Part shown: in pieces, positions 20,142-30,394 of the stretch
How the letters are laid out: each line of letters opens with the position of its first letter
Position numbering within the stretch: the first letter of the stretch is position 1
Origin: Acidobacteriota bacterium
GTDB lineage: Bacteria > Acidobacteriota > CAIWXX01
Assembly (NCBI GenBank): GCA_040755995.1
Contig: JBFMAF010000006.1
Coordinates: 1-58,111 of the forward strand
Length of the DNA: 58,111 nucleotides
Direction of reading: 5' to 3'
Notes under the pieces: model-generated
Told to the model about the DNA's origin: nothing
Database searches by the model: none
Seen by the model: the letters and a program-made list of their open reading frames with translations, nothing else
Made by a program: the position numbers and the translations under genes

Positions 20142-23100
20142 ATGCCCATGCGGGACTCACATCAGGATCCGACGCTGCCGGTGGATTCGTCCGCGGAGGA
20201 GGAGTGCTCGGAGGAAGTTGGAGTGGTGGTTGGGAAGGAGATTGGCAACTACCGCGTCGTCGAGAAGATCGGCCAGGGCGGTATGGGCGTCGTGTACCGC
20301 GCGCAGGACAGTCTCCTCGGGCGCACGGTCGCCATCAAGGTGATGAACCCCAAGGAGGCAGGTGCTCCTGATTTCGAGCGGCGCTTCGTTCGCGAGGCCA
20401 AGACGGCGTCCTCGCTCAATCACCCGAACATCACCCAGATCTATCAGTTCCTGGATGAGGCCGGGACCAAGTGCATCGTCATGGAGTACCTGCCGGGCCC
20501 GTCGCTTGAGGCGCGCATGAAGAAAGGCGGAGCGCTCGACGCAGCCGAGGCGGTGCGGATTGTGGAGCAGGTGGCGATGGCGCTGGATGCCGCGCAGGCC
20601 GAAGGATTGGTGCATCGCGACATCAAGCCGGCGAACATCAGCTTCGATCAGAACGGTGTCGTCAAGCTTCTCGACTTCGGTCTTGCGAAGTGGCATGACC
20701 CATCCAAGGCGGGCAAGGGGTATCAGACCGAGACCGGTCACATGGTGGTGGGTACGGCCAGGTACATGAGTCCCGAGATGATCTTGCAGGACCAGGTCGA
20801 TACGCGCGGCGACCTGTTCTCGCTCGGCATCGTCTTCTACGAGATGCTCACGGAGGAGCACCCGTATCCTGGCAAGGACCACATCGCAATCCTGAACCGG
20901 ATCGTCCACGGTACGATGGTTCCGGCCGAGACATACGGTGTGCCGGCCGACATCGCCACGATCCTGGCGCGCATGCTGGAGAGGAACCCGGCGGACCGGT
21001 ACCAGACAGCGCGTGCATTGCTCGACGATCTGTCCAAGGCCAGGCGCTGGCTCCCGACGGGCCGCACAGTGATCCGCCGGCGCCGCGTGAAAGTCCGCCA
21101 CGTGAAACGGGCGGCCGCCCTGGCGGGGATTGTCGCGGCTGTCGCGGCAGGCAGCTACTACCTGTTCGTTTGGCGCGCAGCTCAGGAGCGCGCACGGCAA
21201 GTCGAGACTCTGGTGCCGCCTGCCATCACAGTGCTTCCGATTGCCAATCGTACAGGCGACGAGTCGGTCGGCAAGCTAATGTTGCCTCTGACGCATCTCC
21301 TTATAGCGAGCCTGCGCCCCCTGCGCAGCATCGACGTTCTGGACCTCGATCGGCTGGCGACGGTAGCCGGGGCACTCGATCCACCCGCTACCGGTCCCCC
21401 CGACAGGGATCTATACGCGCGCCTCCGGCGGATCAGGCCCACCGCCGCCATCGTCCAGCCGGCCCTGTTCAAGACTGATGGCGAGTGGGAGATGACGATC
21501 GATGTTCGCGATCCGCTCGATGGCAGATCCATTGAGAGCCGCAAGTGTACTCAGAGTGTGGGGGTGGATGCTGAAGCCAACCTGGGTGTGATCCTGGATT
21601 GTGCCGCGAGGGAGATTGTGATCGAGTTCGGCCAGGGACGCGCCGAGCGCCTGAGTACGACGGGCCGGCTGGAGCCTGGAAGGGTGGCCGCGTTGCAGGC
21701 GGTCGCAGAAGGTGTGCGGTCGTCGCTGCAGCAGGAGCATGTCAAGGCGCGAGAGGCTTTCCAGAAGGCGCTTGAGGCCGACCCGAAGGATCCGATGATC
21801 ATGGTCCGCCTCTCTGCGGAAAATCGGGCGCTCGGCTATCACTCCGATGCCGAACGCTACGCCCGTCAAGCCAGCAGTCTCATCAACGAGTCGATGAGCA
21901 TAGTGCAGGGGTACGAAATCGACGCGACTCTGGCCGAGGTCACCTACCAGTACGACCGCGCGAGGGATGTGCTCCAGAAGCTCATCAATCTCTATCCGCG
22001 CCGGCCGGAGTACCAGTACCGGCTGGGTGAGATCGAGCATCAGGCCGGCCGGTACGGCGAGGCCGAGAAAGCGTGGCGCAACGCGATCCTGCTCGCCCCT
22101 GACTACACTCCCGCGCTAATCGCACTCGCCGGATTGTGCGTCGAGCAGGCGCGATACCCCGAGAGCATCGAATGGTACAACAAGGCGAGCCGCGTCTTCG
22201 AAGGCATCGGAAGCAAGGAGGGCCAAGCGGCGGTTCTCTGCGGCCTGGGCGACATCGACTGGCGCCAGAACCGTGTAGATGCCGGCCGAAGGAAGTACGA
22301 GACGGCGCTCGGGCTGTACCAGGCTCAGAACAACGAGTACGGCATTGCGGTCGCGACCAGTGGCATCGGTGTTGCGTATCAGATGCAGGGTGACCTTCAG
22401 CACAGCAAAGGCTATCTTGATGATGCCACCGCCCGGTTCCAGAAGATGGGGAATCTTCGCGCGCAGGCCGAGCAGCGAATCAACGGCGCATTGCAGTTCC
22501 TCGCAGTCGGCGATTACAACGGCGCTCTGGCGGCGAGCGAGGATGCGATCAGCATAGGGAACGCCTTAGGGAATGTGTCCCTCTTGGCCCGCAGTTCAGA
22601 ACAGAAGGCTACCGCGCTCTACTACATGGGAAGGTGCAGCGAGGCCGAACCTCTGCTGTCCAGTGCAATTGATGGGTTCAAGAGGCTCTCCTTCAGACGC
22701 CTGGAAGGGAGAGCGACCAGCGAGCTTGCGGATGTGTACTACGCCACGGGGAGGCTCGATGAATGCCTCCAGCTCTGCGCGCTTGGGACGCTGATCGCCG
22801 GAGAGATCGATGACGCCTACCTCGGTGAACGGTTGAACGCGCTAAGAGCGGAAATCGCCTGTCTAAGGGCCGACTATGCTCAGGCTCTGAAGTACCGAGA
22901 GCAGAGGATGGTCGAAGCGAGGAAGAACAACGGCCAAGACGACGTCGCATACAGTGCTTACAACGCTGCGCGCGCATGCGCAGCCCTGGGCGACTACTCC
23001 CGGTGCATTCAACTGCTCGACGAGGCGGATAGCTACTTCCGGAAGATAGACAATCCGGCCATGCACGGCCTTGCTGAGCTGTGCAGGCTCAACGTGACTC

Positions 23101-23603
23101 AGGACACGGGCCAGGCCCCACCCGATACCGTGGCGGCCATGGCGCAGGATGTTGGTGCGAGCTTGGGCCGCGGTGACAATCAGAGCCTACGTCTTCTCGG
23201 TGACGCGTGCCGGGCTCTGTACTGCGGAACGGCAGAGGAGACGCGCAGGACGATTATTGCGTTGGATGCGCACCTCAAGGCTCAAGCCGTGGACATGGTC
23301 GTCCGGGTCGAAATGGAGCTTCTCCTGTGCCGCCTTTGTGCCCGCACGGAGGATCGGAAGACCGGCCTGGCGACAGCGCAGCGCATGCTCCGGACAGCCG
23401 AGAATCTGAAGATGCCGGAGTACGGGTGTGAGGCGTGCCTCTGGGTTCTCAAGTTCGAGGTGGAGGACCAGCGGACACGGCGGAGAGCCGTCGAACTCGG
23501 ACGGAAGTGGTACAGGGAGGTGGTCAGTTTGGTCCCGGAGAACCTACGCGATGGCTTCCGGTCAAGGCGGAGTATCGCCGAGATGGAGCTGGCATTCCAG
23601 TGA
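20142..23603 (+). CDS. Hanks-type Ser/Thr protein kinase with TM segment, TolB-N-like domain and TPR array
   Basis: IGQGGMGVVY, VAIK, HRDIKPAN, DFGLAK, YMSPE, DLFSLG; TM near aa 325-345; TPR-like repeats. Confidence 0.92.
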   Translation: MPMRDSHQDPTLPVDSSAEEECSEEVGVVVGKEIGNYRVVEKIGQGGMGVVYRAQDSLLGRTVAIKVMNPKEAGAPDFERRFVREAKTASSLNHPNITQIYQFLDEAGTKCIVMEYLPGPSLEARMKKGGALDAAEAVRIVEQVAMALDAAQAEGLVHRDIKPANISFDQNGVVKLLDFGLAKWHDPSKAGKGYQTETGHMVVGTARYMSPEMILQDQVDTRGDLFSLGIVFYEMLTEEHPYPGKDHIAILNRIVHGTMVPAETYGVPADIATILARMLERNPADRYQTARALLDDLSKARRWLPTGRTVIRRRRVKVRHVKRAAALAGIVAAVAAGSYYLFVWRAAQERARQVETLVPPAITVLPIANRTGDESVGKLMLPLTHLLIASLRPLRSIDVLDLDRLATVAGALDPPATGPPDRDLYARLRRIRPTAAIVQPALFKTDGEWEMTIDVRDPLDGRSIESRKCTQSVGVDAEANLGVILDCAAREIVIEFGQGRAERLSTTGRLEPGRVAALQAVAEGVRSSLQQEHVKAREAFQKALEADPKDPMIMVRLSAENRALGYHSDAERYARQASSLINESMSIVQGYEIDATLAEVTYQYDRARDVLQKLINLYPRRPEYQYRLGEIEHQAGRYGEAEKAWRNAILLAPDYTPALIALAGLCVEQARYPESIEWYNKASRVFEGIGSKEGQAAVLCGLGDIDWRQNRVDAGRRKYETALGLYQAQNNEYGIAVATSGIGVAYQMQGDLQHSKGYLDDATARFQKMGNLRAQAEQRINGALQFLAVGDYNGALAASEDAISIGNALGNVSLLARSSEQKATALYYMGRCSEAEPLLSSAIDGFKRLSFRRLEGRATSELADVYYATGRLDECLQLCALGTLIAGEIDDAYLGERLNALRAEIACLRADYAQALKYREQRMVEARKNNGQDDVAYSAYNAARACAALGDYSRCIQLLDEADSYFRKIDNPAMHGLAELCRLNVTQDTGQAPPDTVAAMAQDVGASLGRGDNQSLRLLGDACRALYCGTAEETRRTIIALDAHLKAQAVDMVVRVEMELLLCRLCARTEDRKTGLATAQRMLRTAENLKMPEYGCEACLWVLKFEVEDQRTRRRAVELGRKWYREVVSLVPENLRDGFRSRRSIAEMELAFQ

Positions 23604-23612
23604 GTGCCGATC

Positions 23613-23646
23613 CTGTCGAGCGTCAGCGAGCACGGTAGCTCGACAG
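23613..23646 (+). terminator. Hairpin after the kinase gene
   Basis: CTGTCGAGC..GCTCGACAG 9-bp inverted repeat; weak U tract. Confidence 0.35.
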
Positions 23647-23765
23647 TATTCCAGCAGCCGGCGCGTGGACTGTCATCGATCGCGCACTGACATGTCTCGA
23701 ATTGATTCCTCCGTCGCAACTGGCGTATGCTCGTTCATCAGGGGAATGCATTCAAGGAGGATCCA

Positions 23766-24008
23766 GTGTCACACCATATCCCGCCAGTGAGGATCTCACA
23801 CAAACTCGGGAACTACCTTGTTGGCCGCGTGTTGCCGGGGAAGAAGCCGAAAGCACCAGGGGACGTGGTGAAGGTGTTCGAGGGCCTTCACGGGAAGGTC
23901 GCGCAGAAGACGTTCCGCGGGCAGCTGAGCGACGGGACACCGGTAGCGATCCACTTCAACCTGGTTGATGGAAGCGTGTTCCTCGCGATGGAGGACGAGG
24001 TCCAGTAG
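23766..24008 (+). CDS. 80-aa hypothetical protein, candidate substrate/precursor of the neighbouring radical SAM enzyme
   Basis: Perfect AAGGAGG 5 nt before GTG 23766; same strand, 112 nt upstream of the rSAM gene. Confidence 0.7.
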   Translation: MSHHIPPVRISHKLGNYLVGRVLPGKKPKAPGDVVKVFEGLHGKVAQKTFRGQLSDGTPVAIHFNLVDGSVFLAMEDEVQ

Positions 24009-24120
24009 GTCCACTCTGCCACGCCGCCTTTCATGGCCCGTCAGTGCCTGTAGGGGGAGACATCGGCTCGAAGACCCCCGGCCCCGCCAATCTGCGGTTT
24101 CGCTCAGGTAGGTCGCCCTG

Positions 24121-26046
24121 GTGAGGCTCACGCTCGTGGCCATGCCGTGGCCGTATGCGGACATGCCGTCGGCTGCCATCGGATCTCTCGCAGCCTTCGT
24201 GCGCGCACGCGAGCCGCGTGTGGCCGTGCGGTCCAGCAGCGAGTACGTTCGTCTGTGGAGTCGCATCCCGAATGAGTACGACGAGATCTCTCAGAGCGCG
24301 ATCCTTGGCGAACTGATCTATGCGATGCTCCTGTACCCAGAACGGAAGGAGCCCCTCGTACGGTCGCTTTCGACCACGCTGGAGGCGGAGCGGCGCGTAC
24401 GTGGCGAGGTATCCGCCTGCGCGATCGACGTCGAATCGCTGGACAGGATTGTGTCTGCTACAGCTCATCACCTGGACGAGGCGGGCGGGCGGCTGGCGCG
24501 CGACTGCGACGTCGTAGGGCTCACGACTTCGTATGCGCAGTTGTTCGCCAGCCTGTGCCTCGCAAGACTCTTGAAGCACGAGAACCCGGCGATAACGGTC
24601 GCGCTCGGAGGCGCCGGCGCGGATGCAGCAGGGGCCAGTTTGCTTGACGAGTTCCCATTCGTGGACTTCGTGATCAAGGGAGAGGGTGAAGTCCGCCTGG
24701 TCAGGCTGCTGCGTGCGTTGCTCGATGGCGAAACGCCGCCCGACGATGGCAGCGGCGTCATCTCGCGCATGCGCAACGTCGTGGCCGGTGGTGCGGCGGT
24801 CAATCGATGCGATGAAGAACCTGTGCACAACATCGGCAAGGCTCCCGCTGAGATCGAGGCTCTCCCGTACCCTGACTTTGACGAGTATTTCGCCCTCGCG
24901 GGAAAGCGGGGTCTGGCCGGTGTGCTGCCGATTGAGGGCTCGCGCGGGTGCTGGTGGGACCGGCGCGTCAAGAGCCGCAACCCGATGAGTGCTTGCTACT
25001 TCTGCGGATTCAACGGCAGAACCGTTCGGCGCGACAAGTCGACGGCCAGGATCGCAGTCGAGCTGCGATACATGTCTGAGAGATACCAGGTCTCTCGGTT
25101 TCGCTTCGTGGACAACGTGATTCGGGAGGGGATCGGAGCCGAGCTTGCTGGGGCCTTGCGGGAGCACGATCGGCGCTACGAGTTCTTCGCGGAGCTTCGT
25201 GCAACCGTGCGGCCGCTGGAGCTTCTCCGGCTGAAGGAGGCCGGGTGCACGGAGGTGCAGGTGGGGGTCGAAGGCCTCTCCACGCGATACCTCAAGAGGC
25301 TGAACAAGGGGACGACAACCATTCAGAATCTATGCGCGATGCGCGCCTGCTTCGAGTTGGAGATCCCGAATGGTGGGAATCTGCTGATCGCGTTTCCCGG
25401 AGCGACTCAGGAAGAAGTCGATGAGACGCGGCGCAACATCCTTGGATATGCGATCGCCTACCAGCCGCTCCGAATTTCGGAGTACGGTGTAGTGCCCGAC
25501 AGCCCGGTGGCGCGGTTTCCCGAGCGGTTCCGGGTACGGATCCGGAAGGCTGATGTCTTCGCGCAGGCGTTGCCAGCCGGCCCCGGTTCGTCGCTCAGCA
25601 TTCCATGGCTCGATCACGAGGTCGACGGCGAGGATGCGGACTGGGCGCCGGTGCTGGACGCATGGCTCGAGTGGCGCAATCTCCACGAGAGCATCCCCGC
25701 CGTTCATGGCACGCGCAAGCCGCTGCTCTACTTCGAAGGAGACTCCTTCATCGCGATCCTCGATCTTCGCGCCGGGAAGCGCACCATCGTTCTAGACCAG
25801 CTCGAGAGCGAGCTGTATCTCTACTGCACGGAGATCCGTTCGCGCCGGGAGATCGTCGAGTGGTCGCGCAGGCGCGAGTCAGGCTCGGAGCGGATCGACT
25901 CTGTACTCGGATTCTTCCTCGCCGAGAGGCTCATGTTCGAGGAGAATGGCAAGTACCTCTCCCTCGCCGTGGCCGCCACGCCCGAGATCGCGAGTCGAAG
26001 GATGCTTGGCCGGCTTGCCCGGCAGGAGTCGATTCAGGAGCCGTAG
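24121..26046 (+). CDS. RiPP-maturation B12-dependent radical SAM C-methyltransferase (TIGR03975-like)
   Basis: LVAMPW..PSAAIGSL, VVGLT..Q, GEGE, LPYPDFDEYF, EGSRGCWW..CYFCGFN, VQVGVEGLS. Confidence 0.85.
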   Translation: MRLTLVAMPWPYADMPSAAIGSLAAFVRAREPRVAVRSSSEYVRLWSRIPNEYDEISQSAILGELIYAMLLYPERKEPLVRSLSTTLEAERRVRGEVSACAIDVESLDRIVSATAHHLDEAGGRLARDCDVVGLTTSYAQLFASLCLARLLKHENPAITVALGGAGADAAGASLLDEFPFVDFVIKGEGEVRLVRLLRALLDGETPPDDGSGVISRMRNVVAGGAAVNRCDEEPVHNIGKAPAEIEALPYPDFDEYFALAGKRGLAGVLPIEGSRGCWWDRRVKSRNPMSACYFCGFNGRTVRRDKSTARIAVELRYMSERYQVSRFRFVDNVIREGIGAELAGALREHDRRYEFFAELRATVRPLELLRLKEAGCTEVQVGVEGLSTRYLKRLNKGTTTIQNLCAMRACFELEIPNGGNLLIAFPGATQEEVDETRRNILGYAIAYQPLRISEYGVVPDSPVARFPERFRVRIRKADVFAQALPAGPGSSLSIPWLDHEVDGEDADWAPVLDAWLEWRNLHESIPAVHGTRKPLLYFEGDSFIAILDLRAGKRTIVLDQLESELYLYCTEIRSRREIVEWSRRRESGSERIDSVLGFFLAERLMFEENGKYLSLAVAATPEIASRRMLGRLARQESIQEP

Positions 26047-26657
26047 ATATCGACGAGCTTCTTTCGAGTCGAGTCGTCCGGCTCCCCGGTCTCCTTCAGG
26101 CCGTAGTACGCCTGGAAGTCTCTCAGTGCCGCCTCGGTTTTCGATCCGAGCTTGCCGTCCACCTGCCCGCAGTCGAAGCCCAGGTTGTTCAGGCGCGCCT
26201 GCACGCCGGTGAGCTCCTCGATGGGATCGACGTTGCCGAGCGCTAGCTCGAATTCTTCCTGACCGAGCAACAGCTTCGCATGTGCGGCGCTTGGCGAGAT
26301 GGGGCATTCGATCCTGCCATCCGAATCGGTGCTCCCTGAGACTACCTTCCCATCGATTTCAAGTGTGTACGGCTCGTTGGCGCGCGGTTGGTCCTGGTCA
26401 TCCAGCACCCTCAGGCGCAGCTTGGCGGGGACACCCTTCTTGCGAAAGGAGTGCCGTTGCTCTGTGCCTCCGGATTCCTGCCGCACTCGCTTCTCGGGGA
26501 TGAAGACCTGGTCGCCAGGCAGCAGCACATTCGGGTCCTTCCTTTTTCGCTTGAGGGACGCGTTGTCGGGGTGGTCCCAGATGGTCTGCCACGTGAAGCC
26601 GCGTTTTTCGGCGATGCTGGAGACGCAGTCTCCCTGGCGCACTTTGTAGTAGGGCAC
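26034..26657 (-). CDS. LysM plus C-terminal peptidoglycan-binding domain protein
   Basis: YKVRQGDCVSSIA..DPNVLLPGD; GVQARLNNLGF..VDGKLGSKTEAALRDFQ. Confidence 0.88.
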   Translation of the reverse strand: MPYYKVRQGDCVSSIAEKRGFTWQTIWDHPDNASLKRKRKDPNVLLPGDQVFIPEKRVRQESGGTEQRHSFRKKGVPAKLRLRVLDDQDQPRANEPYTLEIDGKVVSGSTDSDGRIECPISPSAAHAKLLLGQEEFELALGNVDPIEELTGVQARLNNLGFDCGQVDGKLGSKTEAALRDFQAYYGLKETGEPDDSTRKKLVDIYGS

Positions 26658-26697
26658 TCGGCACCCTTGCTCTACCAGGAGCCTCTCGCGGGGTTGC

Positions 26698-28098
26698 TCA
26701 TGGTTTGTACCTCATGTGGCCGAACCAGTTGAACTTCTGCGATCCCAGCTGCGCCGACTCGTAGAGTCTGCGAATGGCGCTGGCTGGGCTCCTCGTCGCG
26801 GGGACATTCATGATAGGCACGCCCCCCACCGCCTTGCGCAGCTTGCCGGGGATCGCCTTCATCGTCGAGTAGAGCTTCCACTCCGAGCCGAAACCGGGAG
26901 GCCCACCCCAGGCGGTCCGGTTTGAGTACCTCGCGATGGCCTTCATGTAGGTTATCGTAGGCTCTTCGATCGCCCTCTTCATCACACCTATCACCTGGGC
27001 TCGCGAGAGATCATAATCCCGGCCGTGTATCCTCTGGCGGAAACGTGCCGTGGCCGCGGGTTTCTTCAGAAGCCACATGACCATCGCATTCAACAGCGTG
27101 GTCGCGAAGCAGCCCCATATGTGGATGTTGGCCCCCGCGGCGAGAGCGTCCTTCACCTTCGGCCAGTTGCTCACGTTGGGCGCGACGAAGTCCTGCTGCG
27201 CACGGAGATCCAGGTCTTTGGCCGAACGCGTGGTAGTGCCGCTGCCCGGCGTGTTGAAGAGGATGGGGCCCGAAATCCAAGAGTGGCTGAAGACGCTGAA
27301 TTCAGCCACCGTCCCCGGCCTTCTGCTGCCCTTGTCGGAGAGATAGCGGTAGATATCCGACGCCCCGAGGTACAGCGTCACATCCTCCACTCCGGAGCCC
27401 ACATCGTTGATCCAGTCTCGGAAGGACTGGGCTGTGGGCCATGTCGGAGCCGGCGTCTTGGTGAGCAAGACGGAGTGGCGCCGCCAGCCCCTCTTGAAAG
27501 CGCGCATCCACCGCTCCTGGATACCCCGCTGGCAGTCGATCATGACGAAGGGCGAACTGCTGTTGACCAGCTTCCTCAAGTACAGATGTTTCGCGAACGT
27601 TTGCGAGTAGAGATGGAACGGGAGCCCTGACTTGTGGGCGCGTCCGCCCGATAGAGCTCCTTCCCAGTAGTCTGTTCCGATCGCGGCCACGTACTCGCGC
27701 GTGGGAAGCAGGTGTACGGTGACGGTGAAGACCGATGCGGAGCGGTCGGAGGCGGTGCCGCCGGCGTTGCGGCTGATCGTCATGCATTCGAGCAAGTACC
27801 CCTTCCGCTTCCGGCCCGCCGCCGCGCAGTCCTTGTCAGTGCCCGGCCAGTACGGCTCGAACTTGGGGCGTGTCGACGGCGCCTCGGTCTCGAACCATTG
27901 CCGCAGCCCGGCAAACCCCTTGTATTTCACGTCGACGCGTATGTCTTTCTTGCCGCTGAATTTGTATTCGAACCCTTTGGCCGCATCGTAGGACAGAGCT
28001 GTTCCCTCCACTAAGACCTGGTCGCTCCCACTTGGGGTCCGCGTCGCCCCCGCTGCGTCAACGACTCTTATGTGAAGGTAGCCGTTCCGTATCGCCAT
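26698..28098 (-). CDS. Basic hypothetical protein, possible caspase-like/DUF4347-type His-Cys peptidase fold
   Basis: 466-aa ORF with GC-rich codon bias, inside the operon; FSVFSHSW..GP and IHIWGC motifs. Confidence 0.6.
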   Translation of the reverse strand: MAIRNGYLHIRVVDAAGATRTPSGSDQVLVEGTALSYDAAKGFEYKFSGKKDIRVDVKYKGFAGLRQWFETEAPSTRPKFEPYWPGTDKDCAAAGRKRKGYLLECMTISRNAGGTASDRSASVFTVTVHLLPTREYVAAIGTDYWEGALSGGRAHKSGLPFHLYSQTFAKHLYLRKLVNSSSPFVMIDCQRGIQERWMRAFKRGWRRHSVLLTKTPAPTWPTAQSFRDWINDVGSGVEDVTLYLGASDIYRYLSDKGSRRPGTVAEFSVFSHSWISGPILFNTPGSGTTTRSAKDLDLRAQQDFVAPNVSNWPKVKDALAAGANIHIWGCFATTLLNAMVMWLLKKPAATARFRQRIHGRDYDLSRAQVIGVMKRAIEEPTITYMKAIARYSNRTAWGGPPGFGSEWKLYSTMKAIPGKLRKAVGGVPIMNVPATRSPASAIRRLYESAQLGSQKFNWFGHMRYKP

Positions 28099-28113
28099 GA
28101 CGCCCGCTCGACC

Positions 28114-28710
28114 TCAGATGACGCCCTCGTCCTCCGGCGCTTCGGAGCTCTCCTCGACTATCTTGCTCTCGAATTCGGCGTCGGCGATTGCCTCGTCATC
28201 TTCTACGGCGAGAGTGGTTTCATCCAGGGTCTCCTCGTCCGCCTCAGAGTCGGGAGCCGTCTCGTCTTCTCCCTCCGCTATAGCCGGCTCTTCCAGAAAG
28301 CCCTCCGGGCCCGGCACGAAGGCCGGCTCGTAGTCTCCTTGCTTGCGTGCTGCCTGCACGAACCCCAGAAGCTTCTGCTCCTTGAACAACACCTGCTTGC
28401 CACCCTCCCATTGCAGCTCTGCTGTGAATACATCGTTCTGGTACTTCGGAGCCGAGACATCATAGAAGCGAAATGAACAGTATCCATCGTCAGTACATAC
28501 GCCTTCGGAGATCGCATAGGAGCGCTCGTAGCCTCCCTTCGAACGCAAGGTTACACGGCCACCGGGCGGCGGATACGCCTCCGCCTCCCCATCCTCCGAG
28601 TCGGCAGGGAAGACGGGGATCGCCAGCTCGAAGAAGGCGCGCGCCTTCAGCGTGTTGCAGTCCTTGCTATCCCGGTTGGAACGAACAACCAGGGCCGTCT
28701 TCGAAGCCAT
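28114..28710 (-). CDS. Hypothetical protein with highly acidic C-terminal tail
   Basis: GGAG RBS; 12-15 nt spacing to both neighbours; last ~60 aa dominated by D/E. Confidence 0.65.
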   Translation of the reverse strand: MASKTALVVRSNRDSKDCNTLKARAFFELAIPVFPADSEDGEAEAYPPPGGRVTLRSKGGYERSYAISEGVCTDDGYCSFRFYDVSAPKYQNDVFTAELQWEGGKQVLFKEQKLLGFVQAARKQGDYEPAFVPGPEGFLEEPAIAEGEDETAPDSEADEETLDETTLAVEDDEAIADAEFESKIVEESSEAPEDEGVI

Positions 28711-28722
28711 CTCCGCCTCTAC

Positions 28723-30384
28723 TCACTCCCCGAACACGTTCGTCCAACGGACGTCCTTCGGCAGTGTGACCGTGTACTCGAGATGGATCCGCCTGGCTTC
28801 GCCCGGCTGGAGCGGCAGGTTCCACGCCAGCAGGCCATGCTCCTTGTCGTAGTCGCCGGTCTGGGTGGTCGACGGATCGAGCTGGACAGCGACCTCTTCA
28901 ACGTCGCTCACCGGCAGGTTCTCCTTGACCTGCACATCGATCGCGTCCTGCCGGTAGTTGGCTACCTCGATGTCATATGCGTAGCGGTGCTCGGTGCGCG
29001 AGCCCGCCGCCCGCTCCTTGGTGCGCTCGCTGTCCACGACTCGCTTCACCTTGAGGTTCTCGTCGATTCCGAATGAGACCTCGAGCTTGCCTCTCGGCGC
29101 CACGAATTTCGTCGAGGAGGTGCCGATGAAGCCGCTCTCGCGCCACACGTCGACCGCGCCCGCGAGCATCGGGAAGTCGCTCAGGTTTGCGCTGTCGCAG
29201 CGCAGGTAGACGTACTTGGCGAGTTTCGGCACGGTCTCGAAGGCGAGCCTCGGCGCAGCATCCTCGAAAGTAGTCACCGTCACCTTGTGAGCACGCCCGT
29301 CGGCCGGGATGTCAGCCCTGTCGGGCACGTTGAAGACCACGGATGTGCCCGAGTCCGCGACGGTGGCCGCGGCCTCACCCGCCTCGACCGGCTCCGGCAC
29401 CCCCTCCGTCGGCACCACGGGCTGTGCGCCTTCGATCGTCGAGGTGACGCGCTTGTAGACCGGCCCCGTCACGACCGTCGTCATCTTCACCGGCGGCAGA
29501 TCGGGACGTTTCGCGCCGAGCGCCGGGTGGGCAGTGGACAGCGCGAGCTGTACGCGAGTCCAGTCCTCGCCCGTCTTCTGGCGCACCTCGCCCTGGTAGC
29601 TGACGCGCAGCTTCCCACCGGCCAGGCGTGCGTCGTACCTGGGCGACCAGCCGGCGTCGTGCACGATGTAGCTTACGCTGAGCGACGCCTTCCCCGCCTC
29701 GGCCGATTCGACATCCACGTTGACGAGGCGCACAGTGGAGGCGCGTCTCGCGCTCACTTTGTCCAGATTCGCCCTGGCGTTTCTCAACTCCTCCTGCCGC
29801 TGTGCGATCGACTGCTGGACCTTGCGCCTCTCGGAGTCGATGCTCTCGCGCCTCTCGAGGAAGTAGTCAAGCGTCTTTCCGAGCTGCATGGTGTCGACCT
29901 CGCCCGTCGTCACGTGCTCGCCGGCGCTGGTGCGCGCAATGTCCTCCAGCGCGCCGAGCGTCATCGAGTCGCGCTCGAGCGCGCCCAGCGTCGATTGCGA
30001 CTGGGCGATCAAGTGTTCGATTCTCTCCACTTCCTTCTCCGCGGCGCGCACGGCCTCGTTCACGGCCTCGGCCCGTTCCTCCGTCCGCGTAGAAACCGAG
30101 ACGACTCTTGCCCCGCCACCAGCTTCGATTGACGCCCGCACCGAGGCCTCTTCGACAGCTGCCGGCAGGCCGTCCAGGACGATCCGTGAGGCGCCTCTGG
30201 CGACGTCGAACATACCGCCCCGCGTCACGAGCGCTCGATCCTCGTAGACGGTTGCGCTCAGGATCGGGAGCGAGACGTGGACGACCTTCACCAGGCCCGG
30301 CTTCTCCGCGGCGACGGCCCCAGCCGAGAGCTGGCAGAGAAGAGCGACCACCAATGAACTTACCATGTCTGTCCTGCGCATCAT
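28723..30384 (-). CDS. DUF4140-DUF4139 (MuiA-like) exported protein
   Basis: ATVYEDRALVTR, WSPRYD, QKTGEDW..LST, IPADG, GLLAWNL..IHLEYTV; signal peptide. Confidence 0.88.
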   Translation of the reverse strand: MMRRTDMVSSLVVALLCQLSAGAVAAEKPGLVKVVHVSLPILSATVYEDRALVTRGGMFDVARGASRIVLDGLPAAVEEASVRASIEAGGGARVVSVSTRTEERAEAVNEAVRAAEKEVERIEHLIAQSQSTLGALERDSMTLGALEDIARTSAGEHVTTGEVDTMQLGKTLDYFLERRESIDSERRKVQQSIAQRQEELRNARANLDKVSARRASTVRLVNVDVESAEAGKASLSVSYIVHDAGWSPRYDARLAGGKLRVSYQGEVRQKTGEDWTRVQLALSTAHPALGAKRPDLPPVKMTTVVTGPVYKRVTSTIEGAQPVVPTEGVPEPVEAGEAAATVADSGTSVVFNVPDRADIPADGRAHKVTVTTFEDAAPRLAFETVPKLAKYVYLRCDSANLSDFPMLAGAVDVWRESGFIGTSSTKFVAPRGKLEVSFGIDENLKVKRVVDSERTKERAAGSRTEHRYAYDIEVANYRQDAIDVQVKENLPVSDVEEVAVQLDPSTTQTGDYDKEHGLLAWNLPLQPGEARRIHLEYTVTLPKDVRWTNVFGE

Positions 30385-30394
30385 GCACCTCCTC

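Noticed and set aside
19840..20160. 106-aa ORF with CxxC
   Set aside because: No recognisable domain; overlaps the scar region and the kinase promoter
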